Assembly: GCA_030141605.1 (NCBI GenBank)
Contig: JAQGDQ010000006.1
Coordinates: forward strand, 496,001 to 560,000
From: Tubiluchus corallicola
Lineage: Eukaryota > Animalia > Priapulida
Length of the DNA: 64,000 nt
Direction of reading: 5' to 3'
Part shown: positions 39,770 to 53,386 of the stretch, one piece after another
How positions within the stretch are numbered: position 1 is the first letter of the stretch
How the letters are laid out: each line of letters opens with the position of its first letter
Made by a program: the position numbers and the translations under genes
Notes under the pieces: model-generated
Database searches by the model: none
What the model was told of the DNA's origin: nothing
Seen by the model: only the letters and a program-made list of their open reading frames with translations

Positions 39770-42700
39770 ACAAGTCAACTTGGTGCCAATACTAATTTGT
39801 CTGCATGCTAGACCTGCCGCCAAATTATTTAAAAATTTTCGCTGCATCAAATGCACTTTAGGTTGGCAAAATCTTTGTCATTCTTCGAGAAAGATGTCAT
39901 AATTTTCTTTTTATAGGTCATTCTTGAATTTGGAGGTGGTGTTATGTGTTATGGTTACATTCAGAACTGCATTATTGTTTAAATTTAGTCAAGTAAGATA
40001 ATAAACTGAACACTTGTTCATTGATGAACGGAAACTTTTGTTTTAATCTCAGTATGTTTTGCAGCACCATTTTTAGTGCTGTTTGGTACCTTTTCTTTTT
40101 TCTAGCCACACATACTTGATCTAGTCACTTGGATATTTTTGAGCTCTGTGCTATGCACTTGAAACGTTTCATGAACTTTTTTCATACACTGGTTTTTTTG
40201 TTCTTTTTGTTTACTGTTTGTAGTTTCAAGTCCTCCCAAATAAACAGTGGAGCCTTTGTGGTTAGAAATATAACTACATCTCTAACTTCAAACACAAGTC
40301 TGGATTGTCTCAGGTTAGGTTTTGAAACAAGACGTGGTCTTTACTCTTCAGATAGACTATGACTCAGAAAGACTCTTCACTCTTTTATTAATTACAACTA
40401 CAATGTAGCTCACTTTTGTTGAACCTCCTCATCTTACCCAAGTTTTCACTTGTCTGTAGCACACTGCATTTATTTCTTACAATTCTTGTCATCATAGAAC
40501 TGCACAAAAACGGGTACGATGACAAAAATTGTGACAAAATTAACTGGAAACATAGTATTAGAACTGTTAGTGTTAGTAAGTTTGCCGGTTAGGAAATTTT
40601 GAGCAGGTCCACTGATGATATTGGCATTTGCACTGCTGTAAACGTAGAAGAAATATTTTGATGCTAATAAGCAGAAGTACTTCTCTAAAATCGCTTATAT
40701 GGTTATCGTAAGACAATAGGTATTGAACAGTGTATTGTTTTAATTAAAAGTATGAGCCACTTTTTAATTTTTAAAACCTGACAATGTATCACATGTCTGC
40801 TGACAGCTGTGATTGCTATATTATGCTTTTCAACACTTGTATGGGTGCAAAACACAGTGTATGCACACAAGTTGTAACCTGGTGCTATAGAAATTTATTT
40901 GTCTAAGTGTGAAATTGCTATGTCTGTAATATCACATGAGCAGACCAAACATTATCTGGTGTGTATTGTGCATCTAATTCAAAATAACTTGTATGTGATT
41001 AGCTATATTTTAGGTAATCTTTGTTACTTTGCAGTGAATGAAATAATGTAACCACTCATATGATCGCGTTTCCTACATTGACAACTTGGCAAATATTAAA
41101 AGGTGGTCATGACAGTCGCATTATTGCATAACTCTAAAATGTGTTTTTCTGTTGCACAGTGTTGAAGCAAAAATACATGTAAAATGATTAACAGTAAATT
41201 AAACAATCTTTTTGATTTATGGTTTTGGAAAGTGAATACATTAATAACTGCAAACGAAATACTCTATGCAGACTAAATCAATTTTCTTGTTTAGACTGCA
41301 AAACTGTAAATTAGTATTTGTGGGAACTTTTGGAAAAAAATTTTAATAATGATATTACAGACCTTCTACATTAGTTATGGCATCATCAACTTCCCTTAGA
41401 CGTAGTACAGTTACATATGTGGTGCATTTGCCTACCCCAATGCTGTGAAAGAAATTCTGCAATATTTGATTTGGCGTACTTAACATAATAATTATTTGAT
41501 GTAGATAAGAACCTTTAATCTGTGCACAATGGCAATTTTACCCGGTTCTCTGTCTTACACTTATATAAACATGAGCTTAGTTTATTCATGCACGATAAAA
41601 AAGTTTTGATATGAAAACTTTGTTTTGCATGCAACACTAATCAATGAATGGAAAATTGTTTGTACATATAAATGATGTAGATAGTGTTAAGGCAGCATGC
41701 ATTTCATTGCACGCATGTGTGCAGTTGCATTTATTTAGGAAAATGACACATATCTACATGCATGTTTACGGAACCCATAAATGTGATGGTAAGGTACACG
41801 TAATAGAATTTTCATCAAAATTAATGTCAGTATTGGATGGTTGGTTTTAGTGTTATTTTTACATAGCCTTATGTGACAGTGTCTCTCCTACTTTTTTTGG
41901 ATGTGTGTACGAGTTCTATTTGACTATAATATATCATAATATGGTATATTATATATCTATGTTGTGTGTAATCTGAGTAAGATCTGAAGCTGCCACTGTG
42001 CCTCAGGCCTTTACCTGTTTTCTGTCACAAGCTTATGTAACAGAAAGTTTTTGCTCAGCATTTTTAGTTCATTTTCTCACTTTCTTGCATTTTGTGCGTC
42101 CTCTCGTAGTTGTTTTTGCAGTCGGAATGTTGTATGAGCCAGCTTTTTGTTTTCACCAAGTTTTCATTGATTTTCTAAACTAAATTTGGACAAAACTACT
42201 TAGAGTGGCTTAAATAGTACTGGGCTTAAATTTCATGCAAACCCTTCAGGAAATTTTATTACAGCCTTTACGAAATTTTAAGACGCACACCTGCACAGTG
42301 CATACATGTGCTTCTTTCACCTTATTTTGAAACCAAGTATGCTAGAATGGGCCAAAGTAATAAATTTCAAGAGGTAACTCAAATAGATTCATCCTGTATA
42401 TTTGATATATATTTTCAATAAAGGCACACAAATAACCCTGCTTCATATGGTTATAACGCCATTTATAATTTTTTATGCAGCTAGCTTTCTGCAATCTGGA
42501 ATGCATGGTAAATTATACTGTAAAAAACAGAAGTATGGCAGAAGAAACTACCCACCAGTTTCCTCAGTGGTCACCCATCCTTTTACCCACTTGTCTAAGC
42601 ATTGTTAGACTTGTTTGATCTCTGAGAGCACACCGTGAGCACTCAGCTACCCCATTACCGTTCGAACAATTTATGCACCTGACACTCTGGAAAAATATAC

Positions 42701-44827
42701 ATTCCACCTGCAGCTAATACATCATGGCAAATTTTATGTAAAAAAACAGGGTAAATCTACCTTTAGTTGAAGGACTGTTACTGTCGTTATGTTCAGATAC
42801 ATGAATACTGCAAATCTGATCTGGTGAATTGTGGTTAGTCACGTGCAACCTTGATATATGCTTTTCTTATAGCAACTGCTGGCATGCATTTTTACTTCTT
42901 TTCATCACTCTAGTGAATGTCCATAGAGTTATATATTTTTGTGTGCGCATGTGGCCTCATAAGTATTATGTAAAATACTCCTGCAAATGATATCCCCAAA
43001 TTGTTTCTGTTACAGTTACCCCTAACATCAATAAACACCATTCCTTTCCTCATCCAGTGTATTTTGACCGTTTTATTCCTCATGTGCAGGTACTGTAAAA
43101 TGGACAATGGTAATAATCTGACTGAAATTGTGTCAGTTGAAACAATACAGTACAAATTTAGGGTCCACTGCCAAAAAAGTAACAGCTTGTTTGATATGTA
43201 ATTGTCAGCTAATTAAAATTCCCATTTGTTAAACGTGATGATGAGCCTTGCTTCATAGTGGCAAATGCACATGATTTAGCTGTATTAATTTGAAATGTCA
43301 TAGGTCACGCAAGTCGGTTTAGTTCTTAACTTGACTTCATAACTTCTTTTTGGTAATTGGACTCAGTGGATTGCACATTTTATCTTCCAAGACTTAATAC
43401 CTAACGTAAATCAATTGTGGGTATGTTTGCTAAGTTGGTTTAAGTCTTCAAGCTAAGAATTCGAATGGCAATTAATTACTTTTTTGTTAAAATCAACTCA
43501 GGTTAGCAAATTTTACAGTGCTTTGTGATGATTAATAATGCGATCAAAATGCATGTAATTGAAGATGCATGTAAATCTATAAATGCTATGCAAGCTTAGA
43601 CCAATGTTTATATGCGCATGGAAAACACTCAATGGCAAATTTGTCGAGTAACTGTACGTACAGGAACAACTAAATACTATTAATGGTTTTATTATTAAAT
43701 GGATTGTCATTTTGTATTTTTAAGTTGTTAAAGTGACAGTGTAACTTACAATAAAATCTCTGTTATAAATAATGTGTATTTAATCAACTTTGTTTTCATA
43801 GTGTATGTGAAACATGCAAAAGTATTAATTTTACTTACTGACATTAACTTTTTAGAAGTTTGATTTAAGGTGTCCCTTCTAGTTGCACCAGTTTTGGCAC
43901 TTGCATAACAAATATTAATCGAACAGAGTTGCAGCTATGGTACTATAAACACCGAATGCAAATCACGCTCATTATACAAATATCAACAACAATTTATATT
44001 TACTTGATTATAAAATTATTCTGCAACAACAATCAAAACTTGTACTAAAAATCTCCTAAGTACAGTAAGTACAATATTTCTAATTATTGTAATGCTGCAC
44101 AACATTATGATACTTTTGCTATACAGCATATCAAATTTAATGTACTACAGAAATAAAGCAGTCCAAAAAAATATGTGAGTAATTGGATTGAAGGAATCTG
44201 ACACTATTAGAATTTGGATTATCTAAATACATAATGTAATTCGTGCTGAAAAAAGTTAACAAAAAATCAACCTCACGACCATATTTCGTAAAAGGAAGTC
44301 TCAGTTATGATCATCATACTTGTGTGATTCGCTACGAATCACGATCTTTAATAAGCGCAGACAACTTTTTGATATGCTATGATAGAATAAAAAATTAAGC
44401 CAAATGAAGAACTTTGAGCCACATTCTGCAGAATGTTGTCATATTTTGTACTCACCATTTACACAGCATGAATGACTATCAATAATTCAGCAAAGATGGC
44501 CCAAAGTGATTTGCTTGGTATATATTAAGGATTTTTGAACAAATGGCAAAAATCGTCAAGGCACTATCAGTACGAAAAATTGTTATTTGGAAAGTTGAAC
44601 TGCACTTGGAAAACGAAGAAGTCAAGATAACAATATTTGAAAAATTCAGATCGTCAAAATAAGGTGACCACCTTGTGAAAGTGATTTTCCCTGACATCTT
44701 TGGTATAGACAGTCGAGGGGGGGGAGTTTAGGTCAGTTATCCTGAACTACTTCAATATTTAATATTTTGGCAGTCTTGAATGATGCTTGATGCTTAGCCT
44801 ACATGTCCCAACAACAAAAAATAACTA

Positions 44828-45812
44828 CAATAGGTGCCGCTTAATAGACTCACTTTGGGACTGAAGTGTTTTGACCCATTTAACCAACTGAACCCATTAA
44901 AAGATGGATGTAGTATAGTCATCAGCTTAGTATGCACTGCAAAGGTTTTTAATGGATTTTAGAAACGAAGTAATGCCTAAATTCCTTTGTGCAGCTAAAA
45001 ATTAGAAAAAATATTTTAAAATATTTAATTTATATAAGTGAATTAGCAATAAATTAAAAAGTATACTTTTCTAAATCACATGAGTCTGTTTATTTGCAAA
45101 AATTACTTTGAAAGTCGGCTACTTCGTTTTATCGCGAAGAAGTTGGCTCACAAAGTTCTTATAATTATAAAAACGTTGAAATCTGTTGTTGTATGATGCA
45201 CAAATTCTCTTAAAATACTTATTGCCTGGCATGCTTAAACTGTTGGTGGTGCCTGTGTTTCCCCGCAGTTTCGTCTGTAGCTTCGCCCAAGCTCCAGCTT
45301 GCTATAATTGTGACGTACTTACTGTACTGTATCTGTGTCCCTGGCATAACAGCAACATCCAACTGTGTTAAACTTTCTGGCAAAGACTGCCAGAGCTTCA
45401 AAAGCAAACTGCTAAACTAGTGATTAAATGTTTAGCTTCCAGGAATTCTTGGGTAAGGAGGTTAATTGCAGTGGATCAGCGGGTCAAAGCAAACCATTAG
45501 GCTAGCATAATTAGGGTATGCTAAACGTTGCTGCTTACAAACAAAACGGTACTTAACATGATTGTTTCTATGTATATTATAGGACAAAAGCCAACTAAGA
45601 TGGTATAAAAGTCATAAAAGCTTATTAGTCACACGAAAGTGTCTTATTGAAGCATGTGAAGGAAAAATATTGAATCAATTACGCAGAGTTATTTGAGTCA
45701 ATTACCAACAGTTTTTATGTACATATGAATAGAAGCGGTCCATACCAGGCATTTTTGAGTCAATTAAGCGATTAAGTCTATTAACTGTGAGTCTATTAAG
45801 TGGTGCCTACTG
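44828..45812. mobile_element. Tc1/mariner (pogo/Tigger-like) non-autonomous element, 985 bp
   Basis: 26-bp TIRs CAATAGGTGCCGCTTAATAGACTCAC and GTGAGTCTATTAAGTGGTGCCTACTG (22/26), flanked by TA on both sides. Confidence 0.85.
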
Positions 45813-46318
45813 TATACCCTATTTAAATTCAAATGGCAGCTAAGATGCTACAAACTGATCATTGCAATAAGCAGAAACTGTTTTATTTTGGAGTTGTATC
45901 TCAAACAGGTAAATTGCCTTTTTAGGGACAGAGAGGCTGTGTGTCAATTTATGCTGCTACTGAAGGGGATTAAATATGGCATTTCTGAGCAATTTCCAAA
46001 AGAGATTGTTGAGAAATGGAAAAAATATACACTACAGTGGGAGCTGTTAAACAAGCAGGGCAAAAAACATCCGTGAAATTGAGCAAGTTGCACCCAGATA
46101 GAAAACTCTATACAGAATAAATAAATGTGACATAGGACAGGCTTCTTCAGTCATATTTGTCTGCCCAGCAAAGTATCTGCTACTTTTAAACAGTAATTTC
46201 AATGTGTAATGAATGTTTCTGGCTACTTCTATTGAATCTACTTGGCCAGTGCAAAGAGTGGTTGATCTACAGCTATAACTGAACTGAATTTCATCTGTTT
46301 TATCTATGGCATGTTCAA

Positions 46319-46627
46319 CAGGGCTGTCTTAACAGCATTATAGGCCCCGGGCAAACCACCTACACTACTTACCCAACTACCTACAACACCACTCACAGGG
46401 AATAAAAACGTAAATGGTTGGTAAAATTGAACATATATTTATTATATTGGTATTTGGTACTTTAATGAGTGTTTAAGCGCTAAAAACATGCCGAACAGCA
46501 AAGATTAACCAACACAAACGTTTGAGCAGCATAACTTTGACATGAATCTTGAAAAACAATACACATAGATTAGCAATGGGTTCTTATGCTTCTGGAGCCC
46601 CCGGGCCCATGCGTTAAGACAGCCCCG
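46319..46627. mobile_element. hAT-like MITE (309 bp)
   Basis: TIRs CAGGGCTGTCTTAAC and GTTAAGACAGCCCCG (14/15), with inner GGCCCCGGG motifs. Flanks ATGTTCAA and ATGCTCGA form a decayed 8-bp TSD. Confidence 0.8.
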
Positions 46628-47234
46628 ATGCTCGATAGTTTATACTTCTTTAGAATGGTCCCTTAGTAAGGACAAAAGGGCAGAAGTCCACAACAAAATG
46701 CTGATTTTTAATGCCCAGAAAGGATTTTTAATTGTACGCTGATCATGTTACTATAGTGGAGTGATTGCAGACTTCTGTAAACTAGAACACTGATTACAGA
46801 ATAAAACTTCTGTTCATCTTAATGAGTGATCTGTAATGTTTGCCACCATATTGGATTTTGGGTGCCATTTTAAATTTTCGCATTGAAATATCATGTTAAA
46901 TTGTGTGTTTATCAACATTAATTGATAAAACATGCAGTAGTTTACATTATGTGTCCAAAATAAAATGTAATTCCTGCTTTTTGCAATGATCAATCTGTTT
47001 ACACATTAGTTGCCACTATGGATCACGGCCATCATTATAAATTTTATGTTGGTAATAATGCCTATCTGAAATAGCATATTTTGAACTATAAGTGTGCCAT
47101 ATTTCTTGTTCTTACCATCAATTGAACAATTATTAAATTTTCTTTATTTAGTAGTATAACAAAACAATAAATGTCTATAATAACTAATAACAATCCAATA
47201 ACAATCAACAAACAAAAAACAGGCAGTTTTACCA

Positions 47235-50200
47235 TCATGATATCACCTTCTCTTCTCTATATCGATACACTTCCCTTTTTTCATATCCCAGAATTTCACC
47301 CATGATCTCATCTGTGTGTTCCCCTAGTAAGGGTGGTGGCAAAATCGGAGAATTTCTGCTTGCACTAAATGTCACTGGTGGCCCTGGAACAAACATAGCC
47401 TGTTTAGAAGCACAAACTGGGAGACTTTCTGAAATGAATACTGCTGTACAAATTTCAATACACAAGCACTTTCCTCAAGACTTCAGTCCCTTGAATTTTT
47501 AAAATAAGAAAGTTGAGATTAATAAACTAAGAGTTTCAGGTAAAAAAGCACTAACCTGCAATTTTCTAAAGTAAAGTATTTCTTACTCAATTACTACTAG
47601 ATGGGTTTCGCCAAATTTCAAAGGCTGACCAATCTGCCCCAACTAGCTGCTGGCAGGCATTGAACCGTTAAAATAAAGACTTTTAGAGAAAAACTAACCC
47701 AAAGTAATAGAAACATCCCCAATCCTGGCCTCACCCCTAGAAAATGTTAAGCTGAATAAGCTAAATACCCTCCCCCAAACTAGCAGCTGACACAAATTTG
47801 AACCTCAAAATCGAAAGTGCAGAAAAATATGACTAACGGAAAAGATCAACCAAGTCTGTCAAGCTTAGCGCAAGAAGACAGTTCGTGTCAAACTAAATTT
47901 TAGACACCAATTACCATCCCCCTAACTAGGCACAGACATGGCTTCGATCCCTTAGGTTGCCTAGATGCTAATGCCTCCCCTACTACCTGCTATGATTTAA
48001 AACACCTAACTCAAATTCTAGGAGAGATTTGACTGAACCCATGCATCATGACTAGAAAAAGCTGCTTCAAACTGCAGTTCAAACAATGACTCTATAAAAA
48101 TTATTACAAAACGAATTAATCTCTAAATTCAACAGCTTTCTAAACAGCTATAAATTTTTTAATTCTAGTTCAGTACATGTTTCTAAATAGAACTTGGGGA
48201 ATGATACAAATCGCAAACAGTTTTCCTCATTTCGAACATCAGCAACTTCTTTGAAAAGAAAAACATGAAAACAAATTTGACCAAATCTTTTTACCTGCTA
48301 GTTTAATTCTTCCTGCTGTTGAATGATTCATTTCTACTATCATATTGTTGTGTAAAACCTAAAAAATAAAAAAAATACACAGTTTAGATAGTTTTTGACA
48401 TTCGATCACGAAAGTGCCGAAAGTAAATAAGAAATCAACAACTTATTAAAATGTCTAACGAGTACGCTAACGAGTACACTGAAGTGGAATATTATCGATG
48501 ATTAACATGTCTTCCTAAAATGCAATTATCATAATCATGAGAAAACGAAGGAGCATCGTTGACTTCAAGTGTTCATTAGCTACCATTTTATGCTAACACA
48601 CCACAAACAGTTCGTCATAAAATATGGGAATGCATGTCAGAAGCAAAAAAAAGCTAAGAAATTTGGCACCTGACCAACTTTGTGGTTTTGTCTTCAGCCA
48701 CAGTCACTTTTGCGACCTTCACATAATCTTTAACCAGTTGTTTAACCTGACAAAGTTCATCTGCGACCGACCACATACCAAACAGCATTACGGTCATTGT
48801 AACTCAAAAGCTTGGCGAGCAGTTAGATAAAAATTTTTTTAGAATTGTGCTTTAAGGCCAAATGTAAAAGGTCACTAGCCATTAATTAACATCGGATCTA
48901 CATTAAAATTACTACAGTAATTCAGACAGCTAATCGCTGATCAAAAAGACGAAGACGCAATAAACAAGTACATAATTAATATTTATTTGTACATTAGCTG
49001 TTCATACACAGGTACTGTGTTAAAACAGCTGTGAATTGGTGTTGTCAACTTATTACATGTGGACTTGTGGAGACTACATTTAATTGGGTTGCCAGTACCT
49101 TACACTAATAAATAAAATTTATTAAATTAGGTTGACACGTCAGCACATTATTAATGTAATTGAACACAGAGAAAAACCTATATTAGATTTAGTTGTTCCT
49201 GGTGCTGAGATAGACAAGTAGCAGCACAAGTTACATAGTTACACAGCAAAATTTTGAAAGAATGTCAAAGCAAGTAACATGGCACAAGCTAATTCCGTAG
49301 GATCCACTGACAAAAAACAATAAATAGCCATTCACAATGGGTTCGAGTACATAAAAAAGGCTACTAATAAATTATCGTCACCTGTGGGTCAGTAAATACT
49401 TGTTCCATGTTGTTAATAGGGCCGTATGGTATTCCACAACCATCAAATATCCTTAACCATTCATTTGTTGACTTTGTGGAAATTCTTTGCTGAATGACGG
49501 ACAACAGCGAAAGTCGATTCTTTACACGATCCTCGTTCATAGCATAGTCTGGATTGTCTACAAGATCTGGCAAGCCAATTCGCTACAAATTCAAAACCAT
49601 AAGCTATTAAATAATGCTAGGAAGGTACATAAGAACACAACTTTGCATGATATATTTTCAAAACACTACTATTCAAATTTTCAAATCATTTAGACTTAAA
49701 ATGTTTAAACCACCGATAATCACTGCTTTTACACTGCAAAACCTTGCTTTCCACCCTGCAAAACTGGTTTATTAACGCACTAAAATTTTACGACTCTAGT
49801 ACCATTTTCAGTATAAAAACATAACTAAAATCATTGTCAGCTCACGAAATGCTTGCTACAGTCATATTTTACTTTGGGGTGCAATGTATAACATATCTCT
49901 GGTGACAATGAAAAAGTAATACTTTCCTTGGGATTCAGACCCTGCCTCCAATGAAGCATGCCACAAGGCGAGGACATTAACAATTGCACATTTACATCTA
50001 TTAACCACATGTGATCTAGAGCATTAAAAAACACAAAGATTCTTAATAGACATTTGCCCAAGTAAATATTATGATTTGGTTGAGCAGTGTTCTGAATTCT
50101 GAAGAAAATGTTACTTCTAATGTTACATACCATTATGTTAAATTAATGATATACAAACAATGGTAGTATTAATAATATCAACAACTTTTACATAAACACA

Positions 50201-53200
50201 AGGGTAAGAGTACAAAATTGCATAAAAAACTGTTCCAAGATTCAAAGCGAGACTTCCAAATAGCCTGGGTGGAATCAGTGTTTCTTATATGTTTTCATGT
50301 AGCAATTATAGCTTTAAATACATTGTTTAAACCAGCAGGACAGTAACCATTAACACTTACATCCCAACAGTCAACTCTGCACAAGGAATCTTGTTTGGCA
50401 TAGATTTTGAAGTTATAAACGAAGCAGAATTTAAAAATGATTAACTGAGATAAGAAGTCTTCTACATTGAAAACATGTAACTTACTTTAACACCATTAGG
50501 GCCATTATTGTAATCTGGTTTTTAATTAAATTTTGGAAGATGTATTCTCCTTTTTAATACTGTATTTAAGAATCGTTTTTATCAGTTAATGCTAAAGAGA
50601 AACAATGAAGTCAAATGTGACTGTCAATGTTTTACATTATAATCCAACGGTGACGAAAATTATAGTTCATGTTTTAACTGTAATTTTAATTATTTTCTTA
50701 TAATATTCAGCTTCATATTGAAAATAGTGCTCGGAATATTCAATACTTAGTTATAATAAACAAATGGTAAATTATGAATGCTGCAGAATGCAAATACTTA
50801 TGATGTGTAGAAGCTTACAGCTGTATACAAAATTACAGGAATTACAACCCACCTCACATAAGATTTTGAACTGTTTGTCATTTCCACCACCTAGTACAAT
50901 ATATCCATCACTGGTTTCAAATGCCTACAACACAATATTGGCATAAGTAAACCACCGCTATAAAAGAGAGCTCTATTATACAGAAGACTGCAATAATTTG
51001 GAAAGCACCTCACAACTAATATGTGTAAGATCAATTGTACAATTTAAACTGCTTCATCAGTGCCATTATGTAATATGAACTATGAATTACTTGTCTAATC
51101 AAAAAAAGGCTTACTGTATCTGTAAAACTGTCTAACTGAGACAAATGCATTTATCAAAACATAGAGCTGCCAAGGGTAAAGAATGAAATGAGCAAGACTT
51201 CACAGTTCAGTAAGAGGTTTTTAGGAATACTGTAAACTCAATCGCTAGAATGCAGGTGAGGTGCACACCAACACATTCTCTTACATCCAGATGTATTTTC
51301 ATTAATTCAAAATGCAAATTAAGTCTGAAATTTACATTCTTCTTAAATATGTTATAATTATTATTGTTATGTTACTTATTAATTTAACATTGATGAGTTT
51401 CAATCCTTAATTCAGCACATTACTATGTTTTATTTAGATGATCTGCAATAATGGAAAAGCTTGCAAATGGGACAAAATTTATCAATGCCACAATTTCCAA
51501 ATGCAAATATTTTTTGTTCTGCTTAAAGAATAAATTTAAGAAGGTTCGTTGGCTTTTAATTCCTAGACTGCATTTTTAACATTTAGTAGGCAAACATGTA
51601 ATTCAATGTAAGCTAATTTAATCATTGACTACAAAATTTTAATAAACTTATTACTTATTATTATTTTAAAACTAACAACTTTACTTGAGAGAACATAATA
51701 CTTTGTTTTTTTTTTGTTTTCCAGAAATCATTTTGACTTTGAAAGTACCACCCCACCAATGCTAACCAATAAGCTAAGCTTACCTGTGCTTTAATTTTAA
51801 CCATCTTATTCGAATGCTGTTATTATATTCCCGTTCGCTAATCTCAGCAGGACCTCATTCCAGATTATATTAACAGGCTCAATTTGTTTTTGTCAAAGTT
51901 TTGCACAAAGCCTTCTTACAAAGTTTTGAACAATGAGAAGAAATTACTTGACACTTTCCACGTTACAACAAAACTGCAAAATTGAAATTTCAAGAATTTC
52001 AAGCAGTAACTCATTTTTGCAACAGCAAGAAATGCCCTTAAGCTCACCAGTAACCACTGATATTTATAGCACGCATTAATTTTTGCATAAAGATGCCAAA
52101 AAATCGGAATTTATTGTTATCATTTTATGGCAGATTGTCAACATCTGCAAAATAACAGTCTCAAATTGATCTTCATGACTTATGACCATTACAGTTGGCC
52201 CAAATGGCATAATTTTTATTAAGTTTGGGAGTTCTGGATACAAACACCTTAGAAATAAAAGTTATATTAAAGGTGCAAAAAACTGTAGTAAATAATTAGT
52301 ATACACAAAATTCAAAAAAAGTTGGAAGATTTCCCAGGTAAACACAATATCCCGCATCACATGCTTATGATGTGCAACCTAAACTAAAATACTTTAGTGC
52401 AAAAACAATGTCCGACACACTGAGATAATTACCTGATAAGGAACAATGCTTTCATGTGCAGTGCCCCATCTTTTAGCTTCTTGTTTTGCATTTAAATAAT
52501 TTGAACCAAGATTCACTAAACTCGATACCTGCAACACAATACATACAGATTTGCTTCAGCAATTTGGAGATACAAAAGGTTACCATACCCAGATTACATA
52601 AACTTCTGTTATCCACAACAAATTAAATTTGATTATGCCAGTTAATAGGTCAATACGTAATAGTAAGCCAGTGGGTGATAAGTCAGGTGAGGCTATATAT
52701 AATCACCTTCTTTCTATGTAAAAAAAATTACACAACATAATAACAAAAAGGTTTGTGTAGCTTGCCTAAACTATCAGCTTACCTGAGTAGACAAAAGATT
52801 ACAATGAATATGTTGCCCAATACCAGTCATCTGACGCTGTATTAGAGCTGCCATTATAGCACCATGGGCATATAAACCAGTAGCCAAATCTGTCATAGCC
52901 ACCCCAACCTTACACGGCTGTCCATTCTGTATTGAATTGATAAATCCATTAATAATAGAGCAAAAAAGGCAAGTGTGTTACATATGCATGCTAAATCTCA
53001 ACATTCATACTTTACGTAGTCAGAGTTTTTTCTATCATCTTAATCGACAAGCTCTGAAGGGTGGCTATCAGGTGTTTCTAAAATATTTATTTCCGTTTGG
53101 TCGATTTAACTATTGTTTCAATGGGAAAAATTACTTAAGAGTGATGTCAACAATGGCAACAATTGCGTATTCAGATTAGATTCAGAGGCATTTAATGGCT

Positions 53201-53327
53201 AAATAGTTTAATAATAAATTTCACAAAACAAGGCTAAATGACTAGAATGAGAGAAAGGGAAGCAGAGACAGAGGCAGAGAGGGAGGGAGGGAGGGAGGGA
53301 GGGAGGGAGGGAGAGGGAGGGAGAGAA

Positions 53328-53386
<59 letters not shown>

